A DNA stretch of 64,000 bases, taken from NCBI RefSeq assembly GCF_006345805.1, contig NC_042999.1, positions 124,434,001-124,498,000 of the forward strand. The letters are read 5' to 3'. Under the pieces are notes generated by a model. The model did not search any database and had not been told where the DNA came from. It saw only the letters and a program-made list of their open reading frames with translations. Of the stretch, positions 11,737-25,560 are shown one piece after another. Made by a program: the position numbers and the translations under genes. This DNA is from Octopus sinensis. Lineage: Eukaryota. Each line of letters starts with the position of its first letter. Positions within the stretch are counted from its first letter, which is position 1.

Positions 11737-13930
11737 TTATGGTTGCCTAACAAAACACCACATGCCTACAAGTCATTCATAAATTTTCACAATATTCGTT
11801 TCAACTTGCAAAACAGCTACAATTAACAGTTGTTGTAATTGTTGTTTAGCCATAGGTCAACTCTGATCAAGTAGACCTACAATCAAAATCACTCCAGTCA
11901 TGACAATCCATATTTTTGCAGGTTTTGGGGTCTTTGAAGACATCCAATGTACCCTTTCAAGACATAAGGCATTATCTGAGGGTAATTTGGCTGCTATAAC
12001 TAGAAGGTTTAGAAATACTGTGTAGAAATTTCCTGGGAAAGTTTATGAGTTACTTATAAAACATTCCCTAAACACCATACAGCAGATGTTATGTTTACAA
12101 TGTGAGGTAATGTCTAAGTTGCCAGTATTTTAACATAACAAATATCCTGCCTCAGGAATATACTCTAAGCAGCACCATTATAAAATCTCATTAATATATA
12201 AGATGTCTAAAAATAAAAATACAAACTAAGCATCTTGCGACTGATAAATATTTGGTTTTTCACCAAATTTGATCTCAAAGCTGATTCCTTAGTCTTACAA
12301 TAAATGCATGCAAGTCTCATTATTTTCCAGTCAATACTGCAACGGAACAGTTGTTGTGTCAGGATATTAGATTTCATCTGCCACATGTTTATTTTAGACT
12401 TTAAATGTGTGCAATTTAACTCTTTATATTGTCTCGCTCACATGCTAGAGTGACAACAATATAGAGTAACACCAAAAGCCTGACTAGTGTAAACATCTTA
12501 ATAGATTCCTTCTCATTCATGCTACAATGATCAATACTCATAGTACTACATGGAAATTCAAATATATATATGAGGTTTAAACCTTATCTGCTGAACTTGG
12601 AGTCATTGAGATTAGAAAACAACACAAGTAATCATAGCAATGCTACCTTCAATTTTCTTGTGTGATCTGATCAGTAAGATGTTTAAATGACAAAGAATTC
12701 ATTGATCAGTTTTCTACTGAGAAGCAAACATAATCCTTCATCTTAAATATCTGTTTTATGTGCTAGGGCTTAAAATTAACTTCTCAATCAAGTGCAACTA
12801 ATGAGCCAGAAGTGAATTGATGGAAGCGTATACAAGAAAACCAATAGATTATAAATGTCATAGGCTGCTTTGTAGCAACAAGTACAAGGAAATTGGTAAA
12901 TGGTACAAGTAGGATAAAATGAAAAAATTTAGATTCGTGGTGAAATGAAATATTTTGTATTCCTAGCAAAAATATTTCTATTAATGTGGCAGCAATATTA
13001 TTCGTAAACACTTTCTATTCCTTACTTGATAGAGTAAAATGATAAATTTTGCTTTGAGGAATTTACTAAAAATTGGTGAACTAAAAACAACAGGCTTTAG
13101 CAGGAATCAAATGAGAATGCAGTTAATAGATTTTATCCAATATCCTTAGCACCAGAGGGCTGTGGATTTTAGTGTTTTGAGGTTTTGGTGGGTTTTTGGG
13201 GGTGGGGTGGAAATTGTGTATATTTACTACTACAAAATGGGGACCAAAGTCTAAGCATATTTTCTGGTTACATTTCCTAATGCATCTAATTAGTTTATCC
13301 ATCATTGTCAATGATGACCAAAGACACCATATGAAACGCTTACTTTCAAAACCAGATATATGCATTGGAATTTGTATTTTGGGGATTTTTTGCTTGATTT
13401 TAAACTTTTCCCAACACTTTCAAGAATAGTCTCCTTTGCCAAACTGCTAAGCTATGGAGACATAAACACACCAACACCAGTTGTCAAGTGATGGTGGAGG
13501 GACAAACACAGACACAGACACATAAATTTTCTGTTTCTAGTGTTTCTCTTATTTAGAAAATATTTCAGATTTTAGTTATTTCTGGATTTCAAATTTTGAA
13601 TTTTGGAATTTCAGAAAAGAATTATAAACAAAATAATTGTGTTATCTTCCAAGAAATGAATTTTGAATGGAGTATTTTGTTGAACACTTGACTCCCACTC
13701 ACAAAATAAGTTTCTAATTCTTCTCACAACACAACAATATACACTAGTAACACAAGCAAATTTCCATGAATGACCTCTGCATTAATAACATGCAGTTAAG
13801 TGGCACTGAGCAAAAAAAGCACCACTAGGAGATTTCCCCCAGTTATTACTGCAAACTGTCAATGTTTATTCACTCAAATGTTAATATCTAACATTCGCTT
13901 AGGATCTTGTTGATGTTGCTAGAACTATTT

Positions 13931-13970
13931 TTCACTGATGAGGTCTAATAAGACTGAAACATGTCCAGAT
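13931..13970 (+). ncRNA. Minimal type I hammerhead motif (core intact, stem I poor)
   Basis: CTGATGA-ggtct-aata-agact-GAAA-catg-TC, with palindromic stem III ACATGT and a GUC site. The flanks do not pair well as stem I. Confidence 0.55.
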
Positions 13971-14510
13971 TGTCCAAGTATCAGGTTCATTTCTCTCTGC
14001 ATAGATGCAAACTTGAGTCCCTTAGTTTTCTTAACAAGAATTAATCATTGAAACTAATCATTTTTTTTTTCTGATTACAGTTACCATCTTAATTAATTAA
14101 AAAACTTTTATCATTCAATATATCATTCAATATATCATATATCAGCTAACATCATATGCTATTGCCTCCACCCACACTCCACTTAACACCAGCATACAGC
14201 TCATTTACTTAAACTTTCTATGAACCTGCGCTTCTCTTTTTGATTGATAAAGAGAATTTCATCAATAAATTTCCCTTGTATCACCAGATGAGGGAATTAA
14301 TATGATCACACTGACAGCAAAACAAATGCTGTTCTCATTCAGAAATTCCACCAAATATGCCAACAAATTTCCTTCGACCCACAACCAATATAACTAGTAT
14401 TAGTTTAACCAATACAGTTGAGTTTCAGAAACCATATTTATAACTATATTTCATCATTTTGTATATTTTTGTATATACCTTACTTCATTTACTTAGGACC
14501 TATGTTTGGG

Positions 14511-14559
<49 letters not shown>

Positions 14560-14756
14560 CTATTATGTTAAACTGTCGTATGTTCAAATTTGACCAAATG
14601 CGATTTTTCAATACTTATTTTTGCTTACAATTTCTGGTTCTTTTGATCAAATTATCATATCTCCAGCTGCTTCAGATGCCAAGATATTAAAAATTGTCAA
14701 AATGTACAACAGTTTTTATATGGAATGGTGAAACTATTTTTTTGTCTTCTACTATA

Positions 14757-15000
14757 ACCTCGGGCCAGCCAAAGCCTCATGAGTGGATTTGGTATGTATT
14801 TGTGTGTCAATGTTAGTCCCGCCACCATCACTTGACAATAGATGTTGGTGTGTTTACGTCCCCATAACTTAGTGGTTCAGCAAAAGAGACTGATAGAATA
14901 AGTACTAGGCTTTCACAGAATAAGTCCTGGGGTTGAAGGCAGTGCTCCAGCATGGCTGCAGTCAAATGACTGAAACAAGTAAAAGAATAAAAGAATAAAA
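14757..15000 (+). mobile_element. SINE family A, 5'-truncated
   Basis: Matches the family A 3' half, with an (aaagaata)n tail. Confidence 0.8.
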
Positions 15001-16220
15001 GCTTTACTATAAAAGTGTTAATAAAATATTAGAGAAGGTTTATCCACACTGAGTTTTACAGGAAAAGGAAAATCACATTTTACAAACGGTTTCCGCTGTT
15101 TTGCAATTCATCAAAGTTCAAAGATCAATCTCAATGCAATTTTTTAGCCCATGTGGTGATAGACACACATGGGATTACTTTTAAATACAAATGTTGCTTA
15201 TGTCATTTTCAAAAGAAGGAATGCAACTGTTAGTTTGTCTGATTTATATTACATATGTTGTTTTCATAAGGTCATAAATTTAGGTTGTTATTTTCAGGAA
15301 GTTATATTTTGACTTATACAAAATAGTTTCTTTTTTTATTCTGAGAGTAAAGGCATTTGATTTAAGTACCAGTTAGAAATGTAAGGTAACAGATTTGTTT
15401 TCACAAAAAATTCTACTTTACCCCAAAATTGTTTAACTCAGTAGTCAGAGAAAATGCTTTTTTGAGGATATAGTCAGTAATGTATGGCAATTAAAACATA
15501 ATGCATTAAACTTTGATTGCTGTCTATTAATATAGTATACTTTTTATTGTTTTGTTGTCATTCTATTATTGAGTCATGACACTGACAGAAAAAGAAGAGT
15601 GAATAGTTTGGTAAGACCTGTTCCCTGCAATTTTCTATTAGCTGATTCAGGGGATTTTCCTTGTATAAGGTTCCGTGAACTGTTGATGATGTACTGTCAT
15701 TCTTTTCTTGAAGGACATACTTTTTTGTCCAGTATAGTATCCATGGCAACCTTTTTATATTATGGTGGAGATTATATTGTCTGAATTATAAGAAATGTTG
15801 TTTTTTAGTGTGAAGGTAGGTCCCTTTTCAAGTGGAATTCAGGAACTTCTAATTTGGGAGCTACATAGTCCACAGTTGTACTTACTGCCTAGGGTGTGTC
15901 ACTTTGCAATGATCAATATCTTTTTTAGTAATTTCACTTGTCTCTTTCTTTTTATGATTGCTTTTTTTCCCAAGATGTTTTTCAATTTTTGATCCTGTAA
16001 TGGTATTTAATAGGTTTATAATTAATGTAGTGAGGATTTCTTTATTAAAATATATGGAATCACGTTTTTTACTCTTTTGTATTTTGTTGCTTGAAGCTCT
16101 CAGATATTACTTTGTTTTGCTTTCTGAGTTCCAAAGTTAATTAGTTTTATAAGATATTCTGTTTTGACAAGTGTTCTTTCATTTCTTAATGTTGTTCATC
16201 TCTTATTTAAGAATTTGAGA

Positions 16221-16381
16221 CAGGAGTGGCTGTGTGGTAAGTAGCTTACTAACCAACCACATGGTTTCGGGCTCAGTCCCACTGCATGGCATCTTTGGCA
16301 AGCGTCTTCTGCTATAGCCCCGGGCTGACCAATGCCTTGTGAGTGGATTTGGTAGACAGAAACTGAAAGAAGCTTGTCGTA

Positions 16382-16424
<43 letters not shown>

Positions 16425-16630
16425 GTGTGTTTGTGTGTCTGTGTTTGTCCCCCTAGCATTGCTTGATAACTGATGCTGGTGTGTTTACGTCCCCGTCACT
16501 TAGCGGTTTGGCAAAAGAGACCAATAGAATAAGTACTGGGCTTACAAAGAATAAGTCCCGGGGTCGATTTGCTCGACAACAGGCGGTGCTCCAGCATGGC
16601 CGCAGTCAAATGACTGAAACAAGTAAGAGT
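16221..16630 (+). mobile_element. SINE family A, full length (tRNA-derived head, internal microsatellite)
   Basis: A-box tggctgtgtgg, B-box-like gggctcagtccc, ttggcaag CORE-like motif, internal (TA)n(GT)n, 3' end gactgaaacaagtaa. More than 15 copies or fragments in the window. Confidence 0.9.
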
Positions 16631-16845
16631 AATTGTGCAGATACCTTTTGCCAAGTTGAATGACATGTTACTTCAAGTATGTTTTGTGTGACATGGCCTA
16701 AAAAGGAGAGGTTTTATTTTATGAGTTAGTGGGTCTAAGATATTTGTTTGTTTCTAGTGTTGTGTTTCTTTTTGTTATTAGCATATCTAAGGAGAGGAGT
16801 TTATCACTACAGAGTCTCATAATGAATTGAATATGAGGGATTATG

Positions 16846-17072
16846 TCATCATCATCATCATCGTCCTTTAACATCCATTGTCCTTGCTGGTGTGGGTTGG
16901 ACTGTTTGACCAGAGTTGGCAAGCTGTGGAGCTGCACCAGATTCCAGTCTGACTTGGCATAGTTTCTACGACTGGATGTCTTTCCTAATGCCAACCACTG
17001 TACAGAGTATGCTGGGTGCTTTTACATGGTACCACATGGATACTTTTATGCAGCACCACATGGGTGCTTTTA
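16846..17072 (-). mobile_element. RTE 3'-UTR-derived repeat
   Basis: (CAT)n, then gggttggactg..ctggatgtctttcctaatgccaaccac. Confidence 0.8.
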
Positions 17073-17629
17073 TCAATTTCCCATCCATAAAATGAAACAG
17101 TCATCTACAAATTTATTCCAGTTTTCTTTCAAATAACAAACAAATTCCTCTCCAAATATTTGTGAGGATTGTTCTCAGATTTTCTGTTCGTAGCACCCCA
17201 TAATTAAGAAGGCATATCTTAGAGCAACTGTCATTTCCATAGCCATTCCTAACTTTTGTCAGTAAGCTTTGTGACCAAATATAAAGTAGCTGCTTTCTAA
17301 CACGAGCTGGAGGCCATCAACACTAAATTGTCTACTTGTACCTTCTTGCATTTCATAAGTAAATGTGTCTAGCCAGTACTTAATAGTTTTGATTCAATAA
17401 TAGTGAGGAATGTTCTATACAGTTTCACAACATCAAATGTGACAATTTAGGAATTCTCATTTGCTGTATAGGAAGAGGGTTGAGTATATCAAGATAATCT
17501 TGTATAAGTTCTTTATGTGCTTAAGGAAAGGCTTTAGCAGAATGTCTTGGATGTTACCTTTTCACAAGACAGGTCTGCTACAATTAGTCTATGTGTATGT
17601 GCATGTGTCAGTGTGTGTGTGTGCATGCA

Positions 17630-17910
17630 AGCCTCCTTGTCTTGACATCATTTAATAGTTGTAAGCAGGTGTCACTGTTTTACAAGTAAGGGTTGTCATT
17701 TGTTTCCAGTCTTCCAGAAAAACAGGTCCAGGCATAGGAAATATCACCTTGCTCAAAAACAAGTGAGGGTTGGTGAGTGGAAGGATTGTCTCTGGTTATA
17801 GAAAATATGCCTAGACAAATTTCATCTGACCCATACAAGCATGGAAAAAGCAGACATTAAAACAATGACGATGATGATGATGATGATGATGATGATACTG
17901 ACGATGATGA
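17630..17910 (+). mobile_element. SINE-like element with RTE-type (GAT)n tail
   Basis: Ends acccatacaagcatggaaa..cattaa..(gat)n like the RTE 3' ends. A similar relic lies at ~55640-55830. Confidence 0.55.
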
Positions 17911-20900
17911 CATTGCTTCTTACCTTGTATTGTCCACAGTGTTTCAACGGTTATAACATCATGTAAATGTTAGTAAGGAAACAGTTTCAATGTTCTATTC
18001 AACAGCAACCCAGTACTATCAATGTTACTCCAAGCATTACTCTTCCTACAGTTTGAATAACAACTAGAAAAAGAAAGAGATTTATAAAGAGGGAAGAGAT
18101 AAAAAATAAACAAACACAGAGTGAAAGACAAGTATGAAGATGGAAGAAAATGTAAACACTCTTGTTCTGTATCATTATGGACAATATATTTCCCCATGTG
18201 ATTAGAATCAATTTTATTCGAAAGTTGTTTCAATTTATTGAATAATCTTAGTATAATTGTAATATTGTTATCAGAAAGTATGTCACTTAGTGCAAACTTT
18301 AGAGAACAAATGAAAGAGTCAATAAATTTTCATTGAAAAACAGATCACATGGCACCAAATCTCAGAAAATAACTTGTTTCTTTAAGAATAAAATATAATT
18401 GTTCTTTTATATTGCCATTACCATGGTCTTTTAAGGGATTTTCTCTCCATCTCTGTGCATTCTGTTTTTCCATTACAATGAGGCTGTCAAACACACCAGC
18501 ATTGTGTCATTTGTCCAGTTTTCATTTGAGGATATCATCTTATTCAAATTTTATTTCATTAATTTTGTTCTCTTCAAATCTGTCTTTTTATAAAGGATGT
18601 GATAGGAGTGCTAACTGAACAGGATCCTCTTTATTTCTCTTTTCAATTCAACAAATATCGCATCAACTGCTTTCTAATGGTTTCATATTCCCAGCTCTCA
18701 AGAGATATGGCACAGAAGCAAATAACTGATGCATTATGTTTTTATTATTTTGAATTTCAACAGAATTGAATTATGGACTTTGCAGTAAACTAAACAAGTA
18801 AATAAATATCATGTCTTCGTCTTGCAATGTTAATTCTCACCTGTCATAAGAAAGTATCCTAAAATCAAAATATCAGACAATATAATGATATTACATTAAC
18901 ATTGTAACTATATGATAAGTGAGGATATAATATATATAAGTGTTATTAATATCTCAATAATGACCTGTCAAGATGAGATGTTGATGCTTCAAATAGTATT
19001 CTTGATGAGAAGTTTTAATTCTAGATGGTTCAGTCCATTTAAACAAAACTAACCTTGAATTGAATAAGTCAGTGACTTATCTTGTCACCTTACGTTTCTG
19101 GGCTAAAATCCTTCCATGTGCTACTAGACAGAAGACTGATATTACTTCACTAATTCAGTGATTTTTTTTTTTTTTACGTTTTTCACTTTATTGGTTCATT
19201 GTGAACAAAGTGAACTATATGCTTAGACTTTCTTAGACTTTGCAAGATAGATGGAGCAACATTCTGAAAAAGACAGAATGAGCCTAGTAGTTAGTGCAGT
19301 TCTTGAGAAGATTATTGATTTAGTTTGACATATTGTAAATACTGCCGCTGACTTTTCACAATGGTATTTCCAAATAATCATGTATCTTGTATACTTAGAG
19401 GAATGATATGTGTGTCTTTGTCTTCTCAAGATCCTCTACTTGCTTGCTCAAATCTCTCAAATCACATCCTTTTAAAAATCCTCCTCATCATCATCATCGT
19501 TTGCAATGATATATTATGCTATGTAGTTATAGATACACTTTGTTAGATAAGGAATGGGACGGTCACAGTGGAAGAGGTCTTATCTCTGAAGGGCAGAAAC
19601 AAGCTGGATCTCAAAGTTTGATATAAAGTTTTTGGGAGAGTGAGATAGAATTGGAGTTCGGTGCTAGTGACACCTTAGAACTCATAGAATCTAGATCTCT
19701 TATATGTAATATGAAGAAGTTCAGTAAAGAGCAGAAATGGCATACATTCTGTGTTCAAATCATACAAAGATCAATTTTGCTTTCATCCTTCCATAAGCCT
19801 CAGACAACCACTGTGATTGGTTAGATCATAAATAAAGAACCAATCAAGTACTAGGATTGATTTAATATTCCTAAATGCATCATAGGAGTGAATAAAATTA
19901 TAATAGATGATTAAGACAGGCCACAATATATGCAATACCATATAATATAACTACGCTTTGAGCACTGTTGGTATCATCTCCAAACTGTTCTTGTTGCCCT
20001 GACCCACAAAAGTAGGTACAACACGCTCGTATAAAACTTACAAACACTTGCTAAATATACTTTTAATTTAAACTAATTATAATTTACAAAGAGTACTTAC
20101 TTCCACTGCATCAAATGATTTGGAAATGTAAGAGGAATGCAAAATGAATTTAAACTCAAATCTGCAAAATGTGAAATAATTTCTCAGTCATTATGTATGT
20201 TCAAGTCCACAGGCTTCTGGGAGAAATTAATGAGGGTTTGTATTGTTTATGCCTTTCTCGTGTACATTAGTGATCAAAAGGAATGGAAATAGCATCAAGC
20301 AGGAATTGAAATTCCAGTAAAATATATATTGCCAAATACAGTATTCTTAATAATAATATAGTATGACATAATTTATTTTTGTTAAAATGCTATGGGTTTG
20401 GTGCAGCAATAGAGAAAGAGATATGCTCCAGTATCATGCATTACAATTATACTAGGAGGTGCTCCATCAAATAAGACAGGAAAAAATTGACATTAAAGAA
20501 ATAAGGCTATTTACATAACAAAACCAATCACATAATTATCTTGCTTTATATGCTACACATAGAGAAACAGAAATGCTCATCTGGCACTTTGTATATAATT
20601 ATAATGAATACATATAATTAGATGATGTATTACACTGTAGAATGATTATAATAAGAAACTCCATCATTTACTTTAGTTCAGGATTCAAAGTTAAATGATA
20701 TTAAACAAATCATCACAGATTACTTTTCAATACACTCTACTGTTATTCCCATTCCACACCCTTTTCACAAACGAATTACAAGATAAGATTTTATCTAGCT
20801 TTATTCATGAGTTAGATTGGCTGGCTGTGAGTGAGGAGTGCAGATAATTCAACAAGTTATTGTTCTACATCATTAACGACTCCATCAATGTTTCTCTTTA

Positions 20901-22621
20901 AACAGCGGAAATGAAAGGAACAAACTCTTCAAATATATCTAATACATAAGCTGTTTCATAATTATCACTTTTCACTTTTAATTGATTGTTTCATTTCAAG
21001 AATGCTTAGCTTGAAACAGAGCCATACTTCAAGATTGAAAATGTCCACAGGATACATTGCTATATACTATCATCAAAATATCCTAACAGGAAAATCTTAT
21101 ACTACTTCTTAATTCAGCAGCTGCTGTTTTTGTTGTTGCTGCAGCTGCTGTTGCTTTTGTCATTTCATTGTGTTTTGTTTCATAAATGTCTGCCCACAGA
21201 TAGATATCCAATATGAAATAATTTATTTAACCATCAGACATCTTTAGAAAGGATGCCAATTTCCATTAATATAACAGTAAAACAAAATTTACTCTGGACT
21301 CTATGAAACAGAGTGGAAAAGAGTTATTTCTAGATTTTTGTTTTCTTACAATAGTGGTATTAAGGTGATGAATTATTCCATACAACAACTCTATCAAAGT
21401 AAGGCAGTAAATTATCAAAACTCTACCAAAACCAAGTGTTATTTATCAGTTACTATTGAAAATACTCCCAGAGGAGAAAAATATTTGATAAATGAGTAAG
21501 TTTGGGGGTCTTTTGTCTTGGTTTGTTTGAGTTTCTTTCTTTAATTTACCGCCTAAGAAAAAGATTGGCTTTGACTTCTTGCTGAGTTTCTGCACTATCA
21601 TTGTCAACTAACAGACAATTCTGAATCTAAATAATGGTGATGGAGTGAAAAACTGGCACTTGAGGAACAATTAAAAAGATAGAAAAAACTTTGAGTAATA
21701 TACCAATACCTGATCATGCAAATCTTCAGAGAGTTAAGAGAAAACTATAAAACTTACTTAATTCTTCAAGAACTCATAACAATCTCATAACAATTATCTT
21801 GTTAAATAAACAAAATATAAAATTGTGACACATAAAAGGTAGTTCTTGTGTGTAACTAACAATAATAGTTTGAGTGTGAGAATGAAAGTGCGTGTGTATG
21901 TATGCACACATAATCATGTGTATGTGCATATACATGCATGTATGTGTCTATATTTGTGTTTTGAGCTAAGTTTCTTTACAATTTTGTTTTTTAAATTATG
22001 TTTATTTTTGAGACACTTCTTTTCAGATTGCTTTCAAAATAATGAAAGAAACCCAGCTGTTTTTATCATGATAAGAAAAAATTTAATGTTAGTTTTATTC
22101 ATATCTATATTATTTATTTGCTTTAATTATTTCATTTTTTTAATTTTTAATCTGTTATTCCATTACAATAAATTCCCTCTACAAATTGCTTTTCAATATA
22201 AACAATTGTCTATTCAGAAAATTCAGGTGCAAATGAAGGAGTCATTACCTATTAAAGGCATTTGTTCAATCCATACAAAAGCTGTGACTATATTGGTCTG
22301 GACATGGGATGAGAATCGATGACTTACACTGAATGTGGAAATGTTTCAAGTTTGTTGTAAGTGACAGAGATTGACCAAGTTAGATGTAGTTATATTCTTG
22401 AATTAGTCATGCTATTTAAATAATTATTAACAAATGTAAACAATAGTTCAATTTACCAATGAAAATTGTTTTTGGCTGTGTGATTTAGAGGTTTGGCTTT
22501 ACAACAATGTGGTTTTGGGTTCAGTCCCACTGTGTTGCATCTTGGTCAAGTCTTCTATGATAGCCCTGAGCTGACTAATGCCATGAAAGTGAATTTGGTA
22601 GATGGAAACTGAGTACAAATC

Positions 22622-23432
22622 CATCATCATCATCATCACCATTTAATGCCCATTGTCCATGCTGACATGGGTTGGATGGTTTGACCATGGCTGGATGCCC
22701 TTCCTAATTCCAATCACTCTGATAGTGTAATAGATGCTTTTATTTGCCACTGGCACAGGTGCCAGTTGCATGATACAAGTATCTTCCACAATAACGATTT
22801 CACATGGCTTGATGGGTCTTAATATTGCCAAAGGTCCCAGTCATTTATCATTGCCTCTGTGAGGCCCAACATTCAAAAGGTGTTTTTACATGCTACCAGC
22901 ACAGGTGCTAGTTATGCAACACCAGCATTGTCTACATTGCTTCCATGAGACCCAGTGCTCGAAAGGTGCTTTTTACATGCCACTGGCACAGGTGCCAGTT
23001 ACATGACACCAGCATCAGCCATAACTACGATTTGACTTGGCTTGATGGGTCTTCTCAAGCACAGCATATTGTCAAAGGTCTCAGAGACTAGTCAATGCCT
23101 CCATGTAGACCAATGTCTGAAGGTCATGCTTCAACACCTCGTCCCATGTCTTCCTAGGTCTATCTCTTCTACAGGTTCCCTCCACAGTTAGAGATTAGCA
23201 CTTCTTTACACAGTTGTCCTCATCTATGTGCAACACATGACCATACCAGGGTAGTCATCTCTCTTGCACACCACATCTGATGCCTCTTATGCCTAACTTT
23301 TCTCTCAAGAATCTTACTCTCATTCGTACAGGCACACTGACATTGCACATCCAGTGAAGCATGTTAGCATCATTTCTTACAAGCCTACACATGTCTTCAA
23401 CAGTCACTGCCCATGTTTCACTGCTGTGTAGC
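22622..23432 (-). mobile_element. 5'-truncated RTE LINE (ORF C-terminus plus 3' UTR)
   Basis: Homologous to 60315-61170 (ctcttgcacaccacatctgatgc, tgcccatgtttcactgc), with a (GAT)n tail. Confidence 0.85.
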
Positions 23433-23454
23433 ATATTTTATGTATATATAGATG

Positions 23455-23800
23455 CTGGCATGGCTGTATGATAAGAAGCTTGCTTCCCAATGAAATTCTT
23501 TTGGGTTCAGTCTCGCTACATGGCACCTTCGGCAAGTGCCATCTACTATAGCTTTGGGTTGACCAAAGCTTTGTAAATGGATTTCACAGGAGGAAACTGA
23601 AAGAAACCTGTCTTGTATGTGTGTGTGTGTCTTCATGCCTGTGTTTGTCCCCCCCCACCTGATAACTGGTGTTGGTGTGTTTATATCCCTGTAACTTGGC
23701 AGTTTGGCAAAAGAGACTGATAGAATAAATACCAGGCTTAACAAAAAACATAAGTACTGAGGTTGATTCATTTGACTAAAATTCTTCAAAGCTGTGCCCC
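23455..23800 (+). mobile_element. SINE family A, diverged
   Basis: Matches the family A consensus. Confidence 0.85.
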
Positions 23801-24072
23801 AGGTCAGTGCCTGGAGTCAAACTCGGAATCTTGGGGTTAGTAGCCTGCGCTCTTAACCACTATGCCATATGCCCACAGGCATATGGCATAGTGACCTGAA
23901 CAACAACAACAACAACAACAACACTGAAAAATACCTTAGGAATGAGAACCCAGGTTCGAAATTTCCCCAAGACACCTGATGAAGGCTGGAGAGTATATCA
24001 GCCAAAACGTTATGTTAACAACAAACAAAATGAGGACAAATATCCGTCAATTGTAAATAATATAAATAATGT
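23800..24072 (+). mobile_element. tRNA-headed, hammerhead-tailed non-autonomous element, copy 1 (head inverted/fold-back)
   Basis: tRNA-like head on - (23800-23874), hairpin cactatgccatatgcc/ggcatatggcatagtg, (AAC)n linker, HHR motif at 23971-24016. Homologous to 37850-38145. Confidence 0.75.
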
Positions 24073-24975
24073 GGTAAAAATATGTTTGTGCATATGAAAG
24101 TGGCTCTTAAAGGGGCTCAATGTAGAACCAATATAATACTTATTGCTAGCTTATGTAATTACACATTTCATTTATTGATTGCTACTTATAAGGCAATTTG
24201 CATTCAAAGGAACATTGAGTGGTTAATCTACATGTAGGTGAACTAATCACAAAGAGTCTTAGAGAGCCCAGAACACAGAGACATACACATACTTTCCTAC
24301 ATGCATATATGTGTGTGTGTGCGTGCATGTGTGTGTGCATGCGCGTATGTGTGCATGTGTGTGTGTCTAAAATTCATGCATGCTTACATACACACATACA
24401 AACACACACACATATATATACTGTACATACATATATACATACATGCATGCATGCTTGCATATATACGTACATACATACATACATACATACATACATACAT
24501 AATTAAAGATAGGATAAAGTTCCTTCCTAAATCATATAGACTTATAGGGCCAGTTTCCTGGTTTCCATGGTGTATATTATTTCCCACCTGGATGGGATGC
24601 CAGTCCATACCAGAATTACTAAATTTTGCCAGCTGTGTGGACTGGAGTGTTTTTTCATAATGACTGCTGCTTTTCATGCTTACACTGACTAGATGTAGAT
24701 ATGAGGCGTTGACAGGAGCAACTGACAATATCACCACCTGCTGCACCATACAAGCAATCCCAGATGAAAGCAAACACATGGACACATATTCATGCACACA
24801 CATTCACATACATACCTTATATCTGCTCTTACAATGTATCATAACTTCTTATGCAGAATCACACCTGCCAAGTCCCTGTGCCTGATAGGTTGAAACAGTT
24901 GTAGTGGTTCTGAATAAAGAGTTTTGTGAATTCCATTTTCTTTTTCTCATACATATATGTGTATATATATATATA

Positions 24976-25166
24976 TAGGGAGAATTCACAAAAAAAACAA
25001 GATGAAGACAGGTGGTGTAGACAACAAACAGATGTATTAGTTTAACACTCAGGAAGGGAAAAAGTTTTTAACATTTCGAGCCTACACTCTTCCACAGAAA
25101 GGAACACAGAAAGAAAGAAGGAGAGAAAATAAAGAATGTGTAGTGGCTAACGATCTATCATGGCGA
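24976..25166 (-). mobile_element. PLE-like short element with hammerhead-like motif, inserted in (TA)n
   Basis: The - strand reads cttt-CTGTGGA-a-gagt-gtag-gctc-GAAA-tgt-t-aaaa (25064-25101). The same terminus recurs at ~63412-63452. Confidence 0.5.
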
Positions 25167-25240
<74 letters not shown>

Positions 25241-25407
25241 AGATGATGCTTTCAGTTTCTCTCAAAAAATCAACTCACAAAGGCTTTGGCCAGCTCAAGA
25301 CTATAGCAGAAGTAACATGCCCAAGGTACTGAGCCTTGGAAATGAACCCAAAGCTATGTGGTTAGGAATTTGATTAACAAAAACTGACAGAAACAAACCA
25401 TATATAT

Positions 25408-25459
<52 letters not shown>

Positions 25460-25524
25460 ATGTATGTATATGTGTGTGTGCGTGTGTGTGTGTATGTACA
25501 TATATATATATATACACATGCATG

Positions 25525-25560
<36 letters not shown>

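Noticed and set aside
15084-15116. Minus-strand TTGATGA..GAAACCGT
   Set aside because: C3 is mutated and the helices are weak. Could be chance.
23800-23874. Genuine tRNA gene
   Set aside because: B box/T-loop is degenerate, there is no oligo-T terminator, and it is embedded in a repeated element. It is a SINE-type head.
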